DNA of 32,031 nt from a virus. Lineage: Duplodnaviria > Caudoviricetes. The DNA lies in IMG/VR virus record IMGVR_UViG_3300025534_000027, positions 1-32,031 of that record, one strand, 5' to 3'. The notes beneath the pieces were generated by a model. The model did not search any database. It saw nothing but the letters and a program-made list of their open reading frames with translations, and had not been told where the DNA came from. Position numbers and translations under genes: made by a program. Positions 23,182-32,031 of this stretch are shown here, piece after piece; positions within the stretch are counted from its first letter, which is position 1, and every line of letters starts with the position of its first letter.

Positions 23182-23561
23182 CTATGGACAAGGAACAGAA
23201 GATCGCGAAGATTCGGGCGAAAGTAACGCCAGTAAAACATATTCCGCGCGGGACCGTGGAGACGATGGAACTGCTATTTAACATCCAGTTCTTGCTGGAC
23301 GAGTTGGATCGGTTGCGGGCAGAGCGAGATTCGCACGGACCGGAGGGACGTAACTATACGAATGTTCAATACGTTGACTTACTGGCGGAACGAAACAAGC
23401 TGATCGAGGTGTTGCGGTGGTATGCGGACAAAACCAATTACGTCCAAGAAGTACACCACTTGCGGCATGGAACGTTGATCGGGCCGGCAGAGGCGATTTA
23501 CTATGACGAGGGCCAACGCGCCCGCGAAATTCTGAAAGAGATCGGGGTGACGGTGGAATGA
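23178..23561 (+). CDS. Hypothetical coiled-coil phage protein
   Basis: GGAGG RBS; LRWYAD...DEGQRAREIL motif; start 23178 or 23184. Confidence 0.65.
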   Translation: MTMDKEQKIAKIRAKVTPVKHIPRGTVETMELLFNIQFLLDELDRLRAERDSHGPEGRNYTNVQYVDLLAERNKLIEVLRWYADKTNYVQEVHHLRHGTLIGPAEAIYYDEGQRAREILKEIGVTVE

Positions 23562-23749
23562 ACTGGATCAGCGTCAAAGAGCGGCTACCTGAAATCGGCG
23601 ATACTGTGTTGGTGTACTATCGGCGCGGCGACTATAGGGGAGCGGATATCATGCGATACATTGGCCGCTGGCTGACTGTTGATCCATTGGTGGAGGTCAC
23701 CCACTGGATGCCGCTGCCGGAGTCGCCGAAGGAGGGAGAAAACGGATGA
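23558..23749 (+). CDS. DUF551 family protein
   Basis: WISVKERLPE...VTHWMPLPESP. Confidence 0.88.
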   Translation: MNWISVKERLPEIGDTVLVYYRRGDYRGADIMRYIGRWLTVDPLVEVTHWMPLPESPKEGENG

Positions 23750-24015
23750 GCTTGCCGAAATATCGCATCCTCGTGAATGGTCTTTATCTTCGCGGATGGG
23801 ACGACTCCGAGACGGCCGGGCATTCCGGCCATATGGGGTGGCAGCCGAGAGCAGTGGAAATGTCGAAGATGTTGATGACGAGACTGAAAGATCAAGCCAA
23901 AATCGTCGAGGGCAACATCGAGCTGAGGAGCCAGTTCAACCGGATCTATGACCGGGTGAGATACGCGGGCTTTGATTTGAAAAGGCTGGAGATCGAGAGG
24001 GTGACGGTGGAATGA
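23746..24015 (+). CDS. Hypothetical protein
   Basis: AAGGAGG RBS; ATGA overlap. Confidence 0.65.
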   Translation: MSLPKYRILVNGLYLRGWDDSETAGHSGHMGWQPRAVEMSKMLMTRLKDQAKIVEGNIELRSQFNRIYDRVRYAGFDLKRLEIERVTVE

Positions 24016-24188
24016 AAAAATACGACCGACCGAAGGGCCACCGTTACCGGCCTGTCGTGACGATTCTGAAAACGAAAAAAGAAGTGCCGACCGTCATTCG
24101 GGTGAGTGGGCATGAGTATGTGCTGCGGACGCCGGATCAGTTCAACATGCAGCCAAAGCCGCGCCGAGGTGAGCGGAATGTTCAGTGA
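24012..24188 (+). CDS. Hypothetical 58-aa basic protein (MKKYDRPKGHRYRPVVTILKTKKEVPTVIRVSG...)
   Basis: ATGA overlap; absent from ORF track. Confidence 0.6.
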   Translation: MKKYDRPKGHRYRPVVTILKTKKEVPTVIRVSGHEYVLRTPDQFNMQPKPRRGERNVQ

Positions 24189-24369
24189 GCGGACATTGAC
24201 CTTCTGGCAAAGACGGATCGAGATCCTGACGGTCGCGGCCGCCCGGCACAGGGCTCATGGGGAGCATTTTCTGGCAGAGCTCTGCGAAATCTCGCTCCGA
24301 GTGTATCACGAGCGGATCGAGCACGAGCGGCGGAAACGGGAGATAGACGAGAGGGCCAAAGCGATATAA
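24178..24369 (+). CDS. Hypothetical protein
   Basis: GAGGTGA RBS before ATG 24178. Confidence 0.6.
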   Translation: MFSERTLTFWQRRIEILTVAAARHRAHGEHFLAELCEISLRVYHERIEHERRKREIDERAKAI

Positions 24370-24405
24370 AAAATCCCCTGCATATGGGGCATGCAGGGGA
24401 AAAAG
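24368..24405. terminator. Hairpin terminator (U-tract on minus strand)
   Basis: AAAAAA-TCCCCTGCAT-atggggc-ATGCAGGGGA. Confidence 0.65.
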
Positions 24406-24454
24406 CAAACAGACGTTCCCACACCTATTTTACCATACAGCGAGGTGTAGGGGT

Positions 24455-24910
24455 ATGGGTATCGAGCAAATGGTTTTTCCGTGGGAGATAGACAGAGAAG
24501 CAACCAAGCAGCGCGTCGAAGAGCATCTGGAGACGGCGCGGATTTACCGCCAGATCGGTTTCGTACGCCGTGAAATGAAGGTGACGGCATCGCCCGAACC
24601 GAGATACCACGGCCCGACGAACGCTGTCGGGAAACCGGCTGAAGAAACCGCGACCTGGAACGTGGACACCGAAGAGAGGATGAAAGAAATCACCGAGAAG
24701 GTGCAGAAGGCGGTCGCTCGGCTGGGAAGGTTGGAACGCCAGATCATCGAAAAACGATATCTGGATGACGAGGAAATATACGACTACAACGTCTACACCG
24801 AACTGCACATGAGCGAGCGAAAATACTATCGCTTGAAGTCGAAAGCCATATACAAACTCGCGTTTATGCTCAGATTAGAAGTGTTCATCGAATCAGAACA
24901 AACCGCTTGA
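24455..24910 (+). CDS. ArpU/RinA family late-gene transcriptional activator
   Basis: EIDREATKQRVE...ERQIIEKRYL...VYTELHMSERKYYRLKSKAIYKLAFML; last early regulator before packaging genes. Confidence 0.9.
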   Translation: MGIEQMVFPWEIDREATKQRVEEHLETARIYRQIGFVRREMKVTASPEPRYHGPTNAVGKPAEETATWNVDTEERMKEITEKVQKAVARLGRLERQIIEKRYLDDEEIYDYNVYTELHMSERKYYRLKSKAIYKLAFMLRLEVFIESEQTA

Positions 24911-24913
24911 GGA

Positions 24914-25147
24914 GTGATAGAGATGCAAAATGAAAAAGAGGAACTTACGTATGAAGATATCTATGATCTTTTTTGTGAACAAAACCCTGACTTAGAGCAG
25001 ATCGTTAATGATTGGAGGCCAGAAGGGTTTGACACTATCCGAATTTGGGTAGGAGAGTCGGGGCACACAGCTTCGTTTACGGTTACGTATGTGCGGTATC
25101 TTGATAGTTTTGTCTTAAAGTCGGAAACAAAAGGAGATAACATTTAA
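24914..25147 (+). CDS. Hypothetical protein
   Basis: GAGGAG RBS; start possibly 24923. Confidence 0.6.
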   Translation: MIEMQNEKEELTYEDIYDLFCEQNPDLEQIVNDWRPEGFDTIRIWVGESGHTASFTVTYVRYLDSFVLKSETKGDNI

Positions 25148-25150
25148 AAC

Positions 25151-25217
25151 GTGGCAGAAAAGTGGCAGACTTTTGGCAGAAAAAAGGCAGAAGATTGGCG
25201 AAAAAGTATGATAATAT
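25151..25217 (+). promoter_or_regulatory. Late promoter with activator-binding direct repeats
   Basis: GGCAGA at 25153, 25164, 25175, 25186 and GGCG at 25197 (exact 11-bp period); extended -10 TGaTAATAT at 25209-25217; no -35. Confidence 0.75.
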
Positions 25218-25223
25218 GATATC

Positions 25224-25553
25224 AGAGCAATATATGCCCGCCGCGCTGCTGAATTGTCCATCCTGTGGTGGCCGGTGAAGCAGTCTCCCGGGGCGGCGGG
25301 CGAACCACTCACACAGGGCCTAACAGATTTGGGACTGACCCCGCGCAAGACGCGGCAGTAGGTCCCCACCGGCCCGATACATTTGGCTTTGGTTCGGTGA
25401 TCCGCTCGCCACGCCGTCACGCTGCGCAATCGCGGCGGCCCCCTGACCTCTTCGGTCGGGTGGGTAAAGCGGTCAACCTCTGCGCATTCGCGGAGGAAGT
25501 GGCGGGCATCACATACAGAACATGCCACAGTCCGCATATCGCGGGCTTTTTTA
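25224..25553 (+). ncRNA. Candidate structured RNA / late leader ending in an intrinsic terminator
   Basis: Three nested stem domains (see findings); terminator AGTCCGC-atatc-GCGGGCT-TTTTT at 25529-25553. Confidence 0.55.
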
Positions 25554-25570
25554 TTTTGAGGTGGTGGCGT

Positions 25571-26743
25571 TTGGGAGTTAAGCAATTGCTTGAGATTGGT
25601 CTAAAGAAGCGTAAAGGCGAGATCAAAGAAAGCTGGAATGATCTTGCGAAGGGCACTCCCTTTCGTGACGGAGAAGCATTTCGCCTGTGGGTTAAAAACC
25701 AGGTCAACCCCAAAAGACGGGCAGAACAACCGCAACGCAAAGAAACGGTTGAAATCCACAGCGACGGCTCCCAGAGCAGTCACCGCCTGATCTACATGAC
25801 GTTTGAAGAATCCAAAGACCCGGAATACTTGCTCAAGGCGCACGGATATAATGTTGAGGCGTGGGAACTGATATCAGCTCGGTCAAACATCTGGAACGCC
25901 TATAGCAAGCAAGACGGCATTCAAACGCTATACAGCAGCCGGATCACAGTCCGGCCGAGGAATACATTCACGTTCGAACGACTTCTTGAGAAGATACGAT
26001 CCATTCAGCCGGTCGAAATTTCAAAGCCGACCGCTGAATATGAAGACAGTATGCTGGAAATACCGCTATTCGATCAGCATTTCGGTGTCTCGGACTATGA
26101 ATACTATCGAGAAACGCAAATCCGCATTCTGACGAAGCTCATTAGTCGGAAATGGAAAGAAATCCTGCTCATCATCGGGCAGGATCTTTTTCACAATGAC
26201 GACTTCCGGGGGCGTACAGCAAACGGGACACAGATTCAACAAGTGGACATGCCCCAAGCATGGGCGGATGCGCTGCGGTTCTATGGCCCGATTATTGAAA
26301 CGAGCATAGAGGTGGCCGAGAGGGTCAAGGTCATATACAGCAAAGGCAATCACGACGAATCATTTAGCTGGACGTTTGTGCAACTGCTAAAGGCGAAATA
26401 TCCGCAAGCAGAGTTTGACGATGCTCTCGTTGAGCGCAAATGTCATGTATTCGGCGACAACTTCATTGGGATCACGCACGGGGACAAAGCGCGGAAAAAT
26501 CTGCACAACATCTTTCCTGTGGAATTTCCGTTGGAATGGAGCCGGGCGAAGAACAGGGAAATCCATACCGGGCATTATCATGTCGAGGATGGGAAAGACG
26601 TATTCGGCATGATGGTACGAACGCTCGCAACGCGAAACAAGACGGACAAATGGCACAGAGACAACGGATTCGTCGGAGCGCACAAACGTTTCATGCTTTT
26701 TGAATACAGCACAGAAGCGCTTGAGAGCATTCATTATGTGTGA
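25571..26743 (+). CDS. Calcineurin-like metallophosphoesterase with N-terminal extension
   Basis: FDQHFG, GQDLFH, GNHD, THGD, GHYH motifs; GAGGTGG RBS before TTG 25571. Confidence 0.8.
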   Translation: MGVKQLLEIGLKKRKGEIKESWNDLAKGTPFRDGEAFRLWVKNQVNPKRRAEQPQRKETVEIHSDGSQSSHRLIYMTFEESKDPEYLLKAHGYNVEAWELISARSNIWNAYSKQDGIQTLYSSRITVRPRNTFTFERLLEKIRSIQPVEISKPTAEYEDSMLEIPLFDQHFGVSDYEYYRETQIRILTKLISRKWKEILLIIGQDLFHNDDFRGRTANGTQIQQVDMPQAWADALRFYGPIIETSIEVAERVKVIYSKGNHDESFSWTFVQLLKAKYPQAEFDDALVERKCHVFGDNFIGITHGDKARKNLHNIFPVEFPLEWSRAKNREIHTGHYHVEDGKDVFGMMVRTLATRNKTDKWHRDNGFVGAHKRFMLFEYSTEALESIHYV

Positions 26744-26746
26744 AAG

Positions 26747-27268
26747 GTGGCGAGAAAAATGGAGCAGCAGCCAAATGGATATTGGACAATAAGCACGCAA
26801 GGAGTAACCGTGCGCGACACCATCCCAGGAATGGGAAAAGACGCACCAAAGGTTGTAAACGAACAAGGCGGCTCACAATCGCATTTGCCATATCGTTTTG
26901 ACTTGATCGACCCACAAGCGATTTTTGCGCTTGCAGAGGTGCTTTATCAAGGATCGGAAAGACACGGAGAAGACAACTGGCGCAAGATACCGATCAATGA
27001 CCATTTAAACCACGCACTCGCGCATATCTACGCATACATGGCCGGGGACACACAGGACGATCACCTGAGCCATGCGCTTTGTAGGATGATGTTTGCGGTG
27101 GCGCTGGAAAAGCGCGATGTAGGAAATAAGGAATGTGAACCTAAGGATGAGATGAGACAAGGTGAATGGGTCAACATCACAACCAAGTCTGATTTGGAAG
27201 AAGGATTCTTCGTACAAAAGAATGATGTTACAGGTGAGATTCGAAAACTGATAATTCATAAGCCGTGA
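26747..27268 (+). CDS. dATP/dGTP diphosphohydrolase-domain (DUF5664-like) protein
   Basis: RFDLID...LAEVLYQGSERHGEDNWRK...HALAHI...DHLSHALCRMMF. Confidence 0.75.
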   Translation: MARKMEQQPNGYWTISTQGVTVRDTIPGMGKDAPKVVNEQGGSQSHLPYRFDLIDPQAIFALAEVLYQGSERHGEDNWRKIPINDHLNHALAHIYAYMAGDTQDDHLSHALCRMMFAVALEKRDVGNKECEPKDEMRQGEWVNITTKSDLEEGFFVQKNDVTGEIRKLIIHKP

Positions 27269-27363
27269 GGGTACGAGGTTGGAGCGCGGCATAAAGCCGA
27301 CGGGAAACGTCCCATTAGATGCAGAGGCGGGGGCAGGGGCGATATAGGCAAGGAGGGAAATCC

Positions 27364-27588
27364 ATGTTAAAGGCGCATCTTGCGATTGTCATATTTGGCG
27401 CTGCGATTGCATTCGGTATTTGGTATGGCATCGGTTGGAGTATGGGTTGGCTGCTTAATGTAGGGATCAACGCCGAGGTAAACCGTGACGCATTTGAGAC
27501 GGCGGGCATGGTGTTGGGTGGTATTCATGGCGGGTTCGTATTGCTGACGGGAGTTATCCAAAACTTGGCCTTGCGAAAAGTGAGATGA
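27364..27588 (+). CDS. Small two-TM membrane protein
   Basis: AAGGAGG RBS; two hydrophobic helices. Confidence 0.7.
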   Translation: MLKAHLAIVIFGAAIAFGIWYGIGWSMGWLLNVGINAEVNRDAFETAGMVLGGIHGGFVLLTGVIQNLALRKVR

Positions 27589-27621
27589 AAACTTAACCGA
27601 AGGAAAGGCAGGTGATGAGGG

Positions 27622-28131
27622 ATGAGCCTTTCGCTGAAACAACAGAAGTTCGCTGATGAATATTTGATCGATTTAAACGCGACTCAAGCGGCGATTAGGG
27701 CGGGATATAGCCCGAAGTCAGCGGAGCAACAAGGAAGCAGACTGTTGAGCAATGCAAAGGTTCGCGCATATATCGATCAACGCATGGCCGAACATTCAAG
27801 ACGCACAGGGATCAACCAAGAACGCATTATCCGGGAGTTGGCGCGGCTCGCCCTCGTGAACCCGGCCAATGTGGTTGATATGCTCACAGGCGAGATCAAG
27901 CCAACAGCGACGGAGGATGATCTTAACGCCGTACAGTCGGTTAAAGTCAAAACCATTGGATACACGGACGACGGCGAACCTCTAGTTGAGCGCGAAGTGC
28001 GATTCCATGATAAAAACCGGGCGCTCGAATTGCTCGGCAAACGCTTTGGGATGTGGCTTGACCGTCAACAAGTCGATGTCCAAGGCGCGGTACAGATCGT
28101 CGATGACGTGCCGCAAAAGTCGGAGAAATAA
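27622..28131 (+). CDS. terS: Terminase small subunit
   Basis: KQQKFADEYLIDLNATQAAIRAGYS; DKNRALELLGK. Confidence 0.95.
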   Translation: MSLSLKQQKFADEYLIDLNATQAAIRAGYSPKSAEQQGSRLLSNAKVRAYIDQRMAEHSRRTGINQERIIRELARLALVNPANVVDMLTGEIKPTATEDDLNAVQSVKVKTIGYTDDGEPLVEREVRFHDKNRALELLGKRFGMWLDRQQVDVQGAVQIVDDVPQKSEK

Positions 28132-28317
28132 CGAGAATTCGCGAGATCGTGTAATTTGCACTTTGTGTATGAAATAAATCGATGATGCGGCTGATAAGTA
28201 GCGAACAAAATCGCTCGTAATGGTCAAATTCGCCTGATTTCGGCGTTTGAACGTTCGGACATATGTACAAAATCCGGAGTTATGTACATATGTCTGTGAA
28301 GAGGTGGCGGGAGTGAG

Positions 28318-29580
28318 ATGCAAGTTCGATTGACTGACCTGATTGCACCGTCCTTTTATGATGCGCATCACGCCATCAAAGAAGGGTGTGCGACACACTT
28401 CCTGCTCGGCGGTGGCCGTGGTAGTACAAAATCATCATTTGTTGCAGTTGAAATCATTCTCGGTATGATGCGCGATTCAAGCGCGAATGCGGTTGCGTTG
28501 CGTAAGGTCAAAGATACGATCCGCGAAAGTGTCTATGAACAATTGCTTTGGGCGATAGAAAAGTTAGGTGTAATACATCTTTGGGATGCCAATGTATCTC
28601 CGATGAGGATCGTCTATCGACCCACGGGACAAACAATCATTTTTCGGGGCGCGGACAATCCGAGAAAGGTTAAGTCCGGGAAGCTTCGGCATGGATATAT
28701 AAAATATATCTACTACGAAGAAGCCGACGAATTCGCTATCGAGGATATACGGACAATCAACCAAACGTTTATGCGCGGGGGCAATGACTTCCGCGTTTTT
28801 TATGCTTACAACCCGCCTCGAAGCAGGAAATCGTGGGTTCACGAATACAGGAACAATCCTCCTGTTGGCTGGTATGTCCATCACAGCACCTATTTGGGTG
28901 TGCCGCGCGATTGGCTCGGCGAACAGTTCTTCATCGAGGCCGAGACGCTGCGGCAGCGGAATGAACTGGCGTACAGGCACGAATACCTGGGCGAAGACGT
29001 AGGCACGGGTGGTGAGGTATTCCGCAACCTCACGCTGCGCCGGATCAGCGATGACGAGATCGCGACGTTTGACCGGATCAAGCGTGGCCTTGACTTTGGT
29101 TTTGCATCACACCCGACGCATTACGCTGTCATGCACTATGACGCCACGCGTCGAAGGTTGTTCATCTTCCACGAGGTCCACAAGGTCAGCATGAGCAATA
29201 GGGCGTTGGCGGACGCCATCAAGGCCGAGAACAAGAGCAATGCCCGAGTGACTGCCGACAGCGCTGAGCCGCGGACGATCGCGGAGCTTCGAAATCTCGG
29301 TCTCAACATCGCCGGCGCGAAGAAAGGCCCTGACAGCGTGGAGCATGGCATGAAATTCCTCGAAGACCTAGACGAAATCGTGATCGACCCGATTCGTTGC
29401 CCGAACACAGCGCGAGAATTCGAGGGATACGAGTTGGAGCCGGATGGCAACGGCGGATGGAAAGATGGCTACCCGGACCGGGACAACCACAGCATAGACG
29501 CCGCGAGATACGCGCTTGAGGATGAAATGAGATACGCGAAATTGCGCGTCGGCAACAAGGCGAAGATGGGGGTGAGATAG
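28318..29580 (+). CDS. terL: Terminase large subunit (PBSX/SPP1 family, pac-type)
   Basis: GGRGSTKS Walker A, YYEEADE Walker B, YNPP, GLDFG, DSAEP, NHSIDAARY. Confidence 0.96.
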   Translation: MQVRLTDLIAPSFYDAHHAIKEGCATHFLLGGGRGSTKSSFVAVEIILGMMRDSSANAVALRKVKDTIRESVYEQLLWAIEKLGVIHLWDANVSPMRIVYRPTGQTIIFRGADNPRKVKSGKLRHGYIKYIYYEEADEFAIEDIRTINQTFMRGGNDFRVFYAYNPPRSRKSWVHEYRNNPPVGWYVHHSTYLGVPRDWLGEQFFIEAETLRQRNELAYRHEYLGEDVGTGGEVFRNLTLRRISDDEIATFDRIKRGLDFGFASHPTHYAVMHYDATRRRLFIFHEVHKVSMSNRALADAIKAENKSNARVTADSAEPRTIAELRNLGLNIAGAKKGPDSVEHGMKFLEDLDEIVIDPIRCPNTAREFEGYELEPDGNGGWKDGYPDRDNHSIDAARYALEDEMRYAKLRVGNKAKMGVR

Positions 29581-29585
29581 CGACC

Positions 29586-29816
29586 ATGAATGCCTTTATA
29601 ACGGTCGAAATGAAAACTGCATGGTGGTTTATGCCAGCGCTGCGTGTTTTGCGAATGCTGGTTTTGCTTCGACTTGTTCGTAGATCAACTGCGAGACGAT
29701 TGGCGGTAATTGTCGGCCAGCATTCCATGAGGTGTCGTGTCGGCGCTGGAAGATGGAGCAAACTCACCTTGCCGCGGGATGAACTGGAGGCGGCCGTGGT
29801 GGGAGGTGAATCGTAA
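29586..29816 (+). CDS. Hypothetical protein between terL and portal
   Basis: 76 aa; TAATG coupling to portal. Confidence 0.5.
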   Translation: MNAFITVEMKTAWWFMPALRVLRMLVLLRLVRRSTARRLAVIVGQHSMRCRVGAGRWSKLTLPRDELEAAVVGGES

Positions 29817-31201
29817 TGCCCATTATCCGTGACCGAACGCTCCTTCCAGACTGGAACGACATCCCGCCGGAAATGATCCGAAACTGCATACAAGAGCATT
29901 TGAAAAGCGTGCCGCGTCTGGACAAGTTAGAATCCTATTATCTCGGCAAACACCCAATATTGGCGCGCAACATGGACGCGAAAGGGCTACCGAATAACCG
30001 ACTTGTCGCGAACCACGCAAAATACATTACGGATATCGCGGTTGGATATGTGATGGGTGATCCGGTCAAGTATGAGGGCGAAGGGATAGACGATATTCTC
30101 GAGGTATTCAAACGCGGAGATGTCGTTTCGCACGACGCAGAGCTTGCAAAAGACCTGAGCATCTTCGGCGTGGGACGGGAATTGTATTACATGACCAGCG
30201 ACGATAACCCGTACCCTCGACCGGCATTGATTGATCCGCGACAGATTTTCCTTGTTGTGGATGATACGATAGAACATCTTCCGCTGTTCGGGTGTCACTT
30301 TTACGAAAAGCGAGACATCAGTAATTCCGTCGTGGGCTACTACGTGAATGTGTACACTGAGCGCGAGGTCATTCATTATTTGGTCAAAGACCTCGGCAGC
30401 CAGACATATGAGGAATTGGGCCGAGAGCCGCACTATTTCGGCGGCGTGCCTATCGTGGAATTCTGGAACAACGAGGAACAGCAGGGCGACTTTGAACAGC
30501 AAATCAGCCTGATCGACGCATATAACGTGCTGATGAGCGATCGTGTCAACGATAAAGAGCAATTGGTCGATGCGATCCTGAAACTCAAAGGTGTGTCGCT
30601 CGGAGACGACGAGGAAGAAGCTGGACGAACAATCCGCCTCCTGAAGGAATACAAGGTGCTGGAACTGCCCGGAGATAAAGACGCGGACGCTGCATGGCTC
30701 GTAAAGAATCTGTCTGAATCCGATGTTGAAGTCCTACGGAATGCGATCCGAGACGACATCCATCAGTTTGCGATGGTGCCGAACCTGACGGACGAGAACT
30801 TCGCGGCAAACGCCAGCGGTGTTGCGATGAAGTACAAACTGCTCGGTCTGGAACAACTGGCGATCATCAAGGAGCGCTATTTCAAGAAAGGCTTGCGCAA
30901 ACGCCTTGAACTGTTTGCAAACATCCTCCGCGTCAAGGGCAAGGCGGTTGATGTGTCCGATGTAACAATCACCATGACGCGCAACCTCCCGGCTAACGAC
31001 ATGGAGGCCGCTCAAATGATCGCAACACTGAGGGATATGGTCAGCAACCAAACGCTAATTGGACAACTTTCTTTTGTGGACGATCCGGCCACGGAAAATC
31101 AGATCGTCGAAGAAGAAAAGGAGCGTAGCGCGGCACGAATGGCTCGCGAATTTGGCATGCCAATGGGGGATGAGGGCGATGTAAATGCGCAGGAGCAATG
31201 A
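29816..31201 (+). CDS. Portal protein (SPP1 gp6-like)
   Basis: YYLGKHPIL, NHAKYITD..VGY..G.PV.Y, PHYFGGVPIVEF.NN, LIDAYN, NASGVAMKYKL. Confidence 0.95.
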   Translation: MPIIRDRTLLPDWNDIPPEMIRNCIQEHLKSVPRLDKLESYYLGKHPILARNMDAKGLPNNRLVANHAKYITDIAVGYVMGDPVKYEGEGIDDILEVFKRGDVVSHDAELAKDLSIFGVGRELYYMTSDDNPYPRPALIDPRQIFLVVDDTIEHLPLFGCHFYEKRDISNSVVGYYVNVYTEREVIHYLVKDLGSQTYEELGREPHYFGGVPIVEFWNNEEQQGDFEQQISLIDAYNVLMSDRVNDKEQLVDAILKLKGVSLGDDEEEAGRTIRLLKEYKVLELPGDKDADAAWLVKNLSESDVEVLRNAIRDDIHQFAMVPNLTDENFAANASGVAMKYKLLGLEQLAIIKERYFKKGLRKRLELFANILRVKGKAVDVSDVTITMTRNLPANDMEAAQMIATLRDMVSNQTLIGQLSFVDDPATENQIVEEEKERSAARMAREFGMPMGDEGDVNAQEQ

Positions 31202-32031
31202 GTACTGGGAGCGCCGGGCACAACAGCGCATGGCCGACTATCACCGCCAAAATGACGAGGTTGTGCGCCATGTCGTAACAGCCTACGATCGCGGTCAACA
31301 AAACATCCTGGAATCCATCGAACGCATTTTCGGCACATACCTAAAGAACAGTGGCATGACGCCGGAGGATGCACAACGCCTGCTGTCTGAACCCATCAGC
31401 CGCAGGGAATGGGAAAGAATCCGTGACCAGCACCGAAAGGCTAGGGATCCCGATATCCGTCGGCGGTTGCTGGCTATCTTAAACTCGCGGGCATATGCAG
31501 CGCGAATAACCCGGCGAATGGCAATGCAGGCGGACATGCTCGTACAATCAAAGCTAATTGCTGATGCGGAGATACGATTATCGACACAAGGATATATTGA
31601 CACGATCAACGAGGCATATTACCGCACGCTTTTTGACATCCAGCAAGGCGTCGGATATGCCTTTGATTTTGCCACCATTCCTCGCCGGACGGTCGAAGCA
31701 ATTGTCAGAAGACCGTGGAGTGGTGAACACTTCAGCAGCCGTATTTGGGACAATACGGACGTTCTGGCTCGCACTCTGACACAAGTCATCACCGGCGGCA
31801 TCATGAGCGGTGCCAGCATCGAAAAGATGCGCAAGCAGCTTGAGGAACGTTTTAACGTCGCTAAACACGCAGCCAACCGCCTTATCCGCACCGAGACAAC
31901 ATACTTTGCGAACATGGCTGAAATGGAGGCCTACGAGGAAGCGGAAATCGAGCGGTACCGGTTTGTGGCGACGTTGGACTTGCGCACGTCTCAAATGTGC
32001 CGCCAACATGACAACAAGGTATATCTGGTCA
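31185..32031 (+). CDS. Minor capsid / head morphogenesis protein (SPP1 gp7 / Mu F-like), 3'-truncated
   Basis: MRRSNEYWERRAQQ...WSGEHFSSRIW...ANRLIRTE...YRFVATLDLRTSQMCRQHD; open to window end, so absent from ORF track. Confidence 0.9.
   Translation, partial: MRRSNEYWERRAQQRMADYHRQNDEVVRHVVTAYDRGQQNILESIERIFGTYLKNSGMTPEDAQRLLSEPISRREWERIRDQHRKARDPDIRRRLLAILNSRAYAARITRRMAMQADMLVQSKLIADAEIRLSTQGYIDTINEAYYRTLFDIQQGVGYAFDFATIPRRTVEAIVRRPWSGEHFSSRIWDNTDVLARTLTQVITGGIMSGASIEKMRKQLEERFNVAKHAANRLIRTETTYFANMAEMEAYEEAEIERYRFVATLDLRTSQMCRQHDNKVYLV

Noticed and set aside
25224-25553. tRNA or tmRNA gene
   Set aside because: No cloverleaf with a T-loop GTTC and acceptor stem could be built
25265-25570. 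102-codon N-terminal extension of the phosphoesterase ORF in the ORF track
   Set aside because: No RBS at 25265, low-complexity translation, and it crosses a terminator; TTG 25571 has a good RBS
26747-27268. Z-base (2-aminoadenine) genome pathway
   Set aside because: No purZ or phage DNA polymerase in the window; the domain alone is insufficient
428-32009. Numerous opposite-strand ORFs overlapping tail, replication, terminase, portal and head genes
   Set aside because: Shadow frames of well-supported genes, lacking RBS or recognisable motifs

Overview
This 32-kb window is entirely temperate tailed-phage DNA with a siphovirus-like layout, from a Bacillota host (probably Paenibacillaceae-like, inferred from gene content and sigma-A/sigma-H/LexA signals). 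No host genes are visible. Order: end of tail module, holin-endolysin, a leftward accessory cassette, candidate intact attP, large serine integrase, cI/cro switch, recombination and replication genes with an iteron origin, two DNA methyltransferases, many small early genes, ArpU/RinA late activator, late promoter, terminase, portal and start of the minor capsid gene. Lysis and integrase are contiguous across the attP-like palindrome, which suggests the excised or virion form. Highlights: (1) a near-canonical twister-sister self-cleaving ribozyme (7389-7453, minus) and a covarying second copy (6821-6884) bracket a GNAT acetyltransferase gene downstream of a LexA-box promoter; (2) the C5 methyltransferase appears to be a heterodimer whose motif-IX subunit is in a nested +1 frame; (3) a ~330-nt highly structured, terminator-ended RNA lies right after the late promoter. 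All assignments are by eye and from recalled family motifs; no searches were run.
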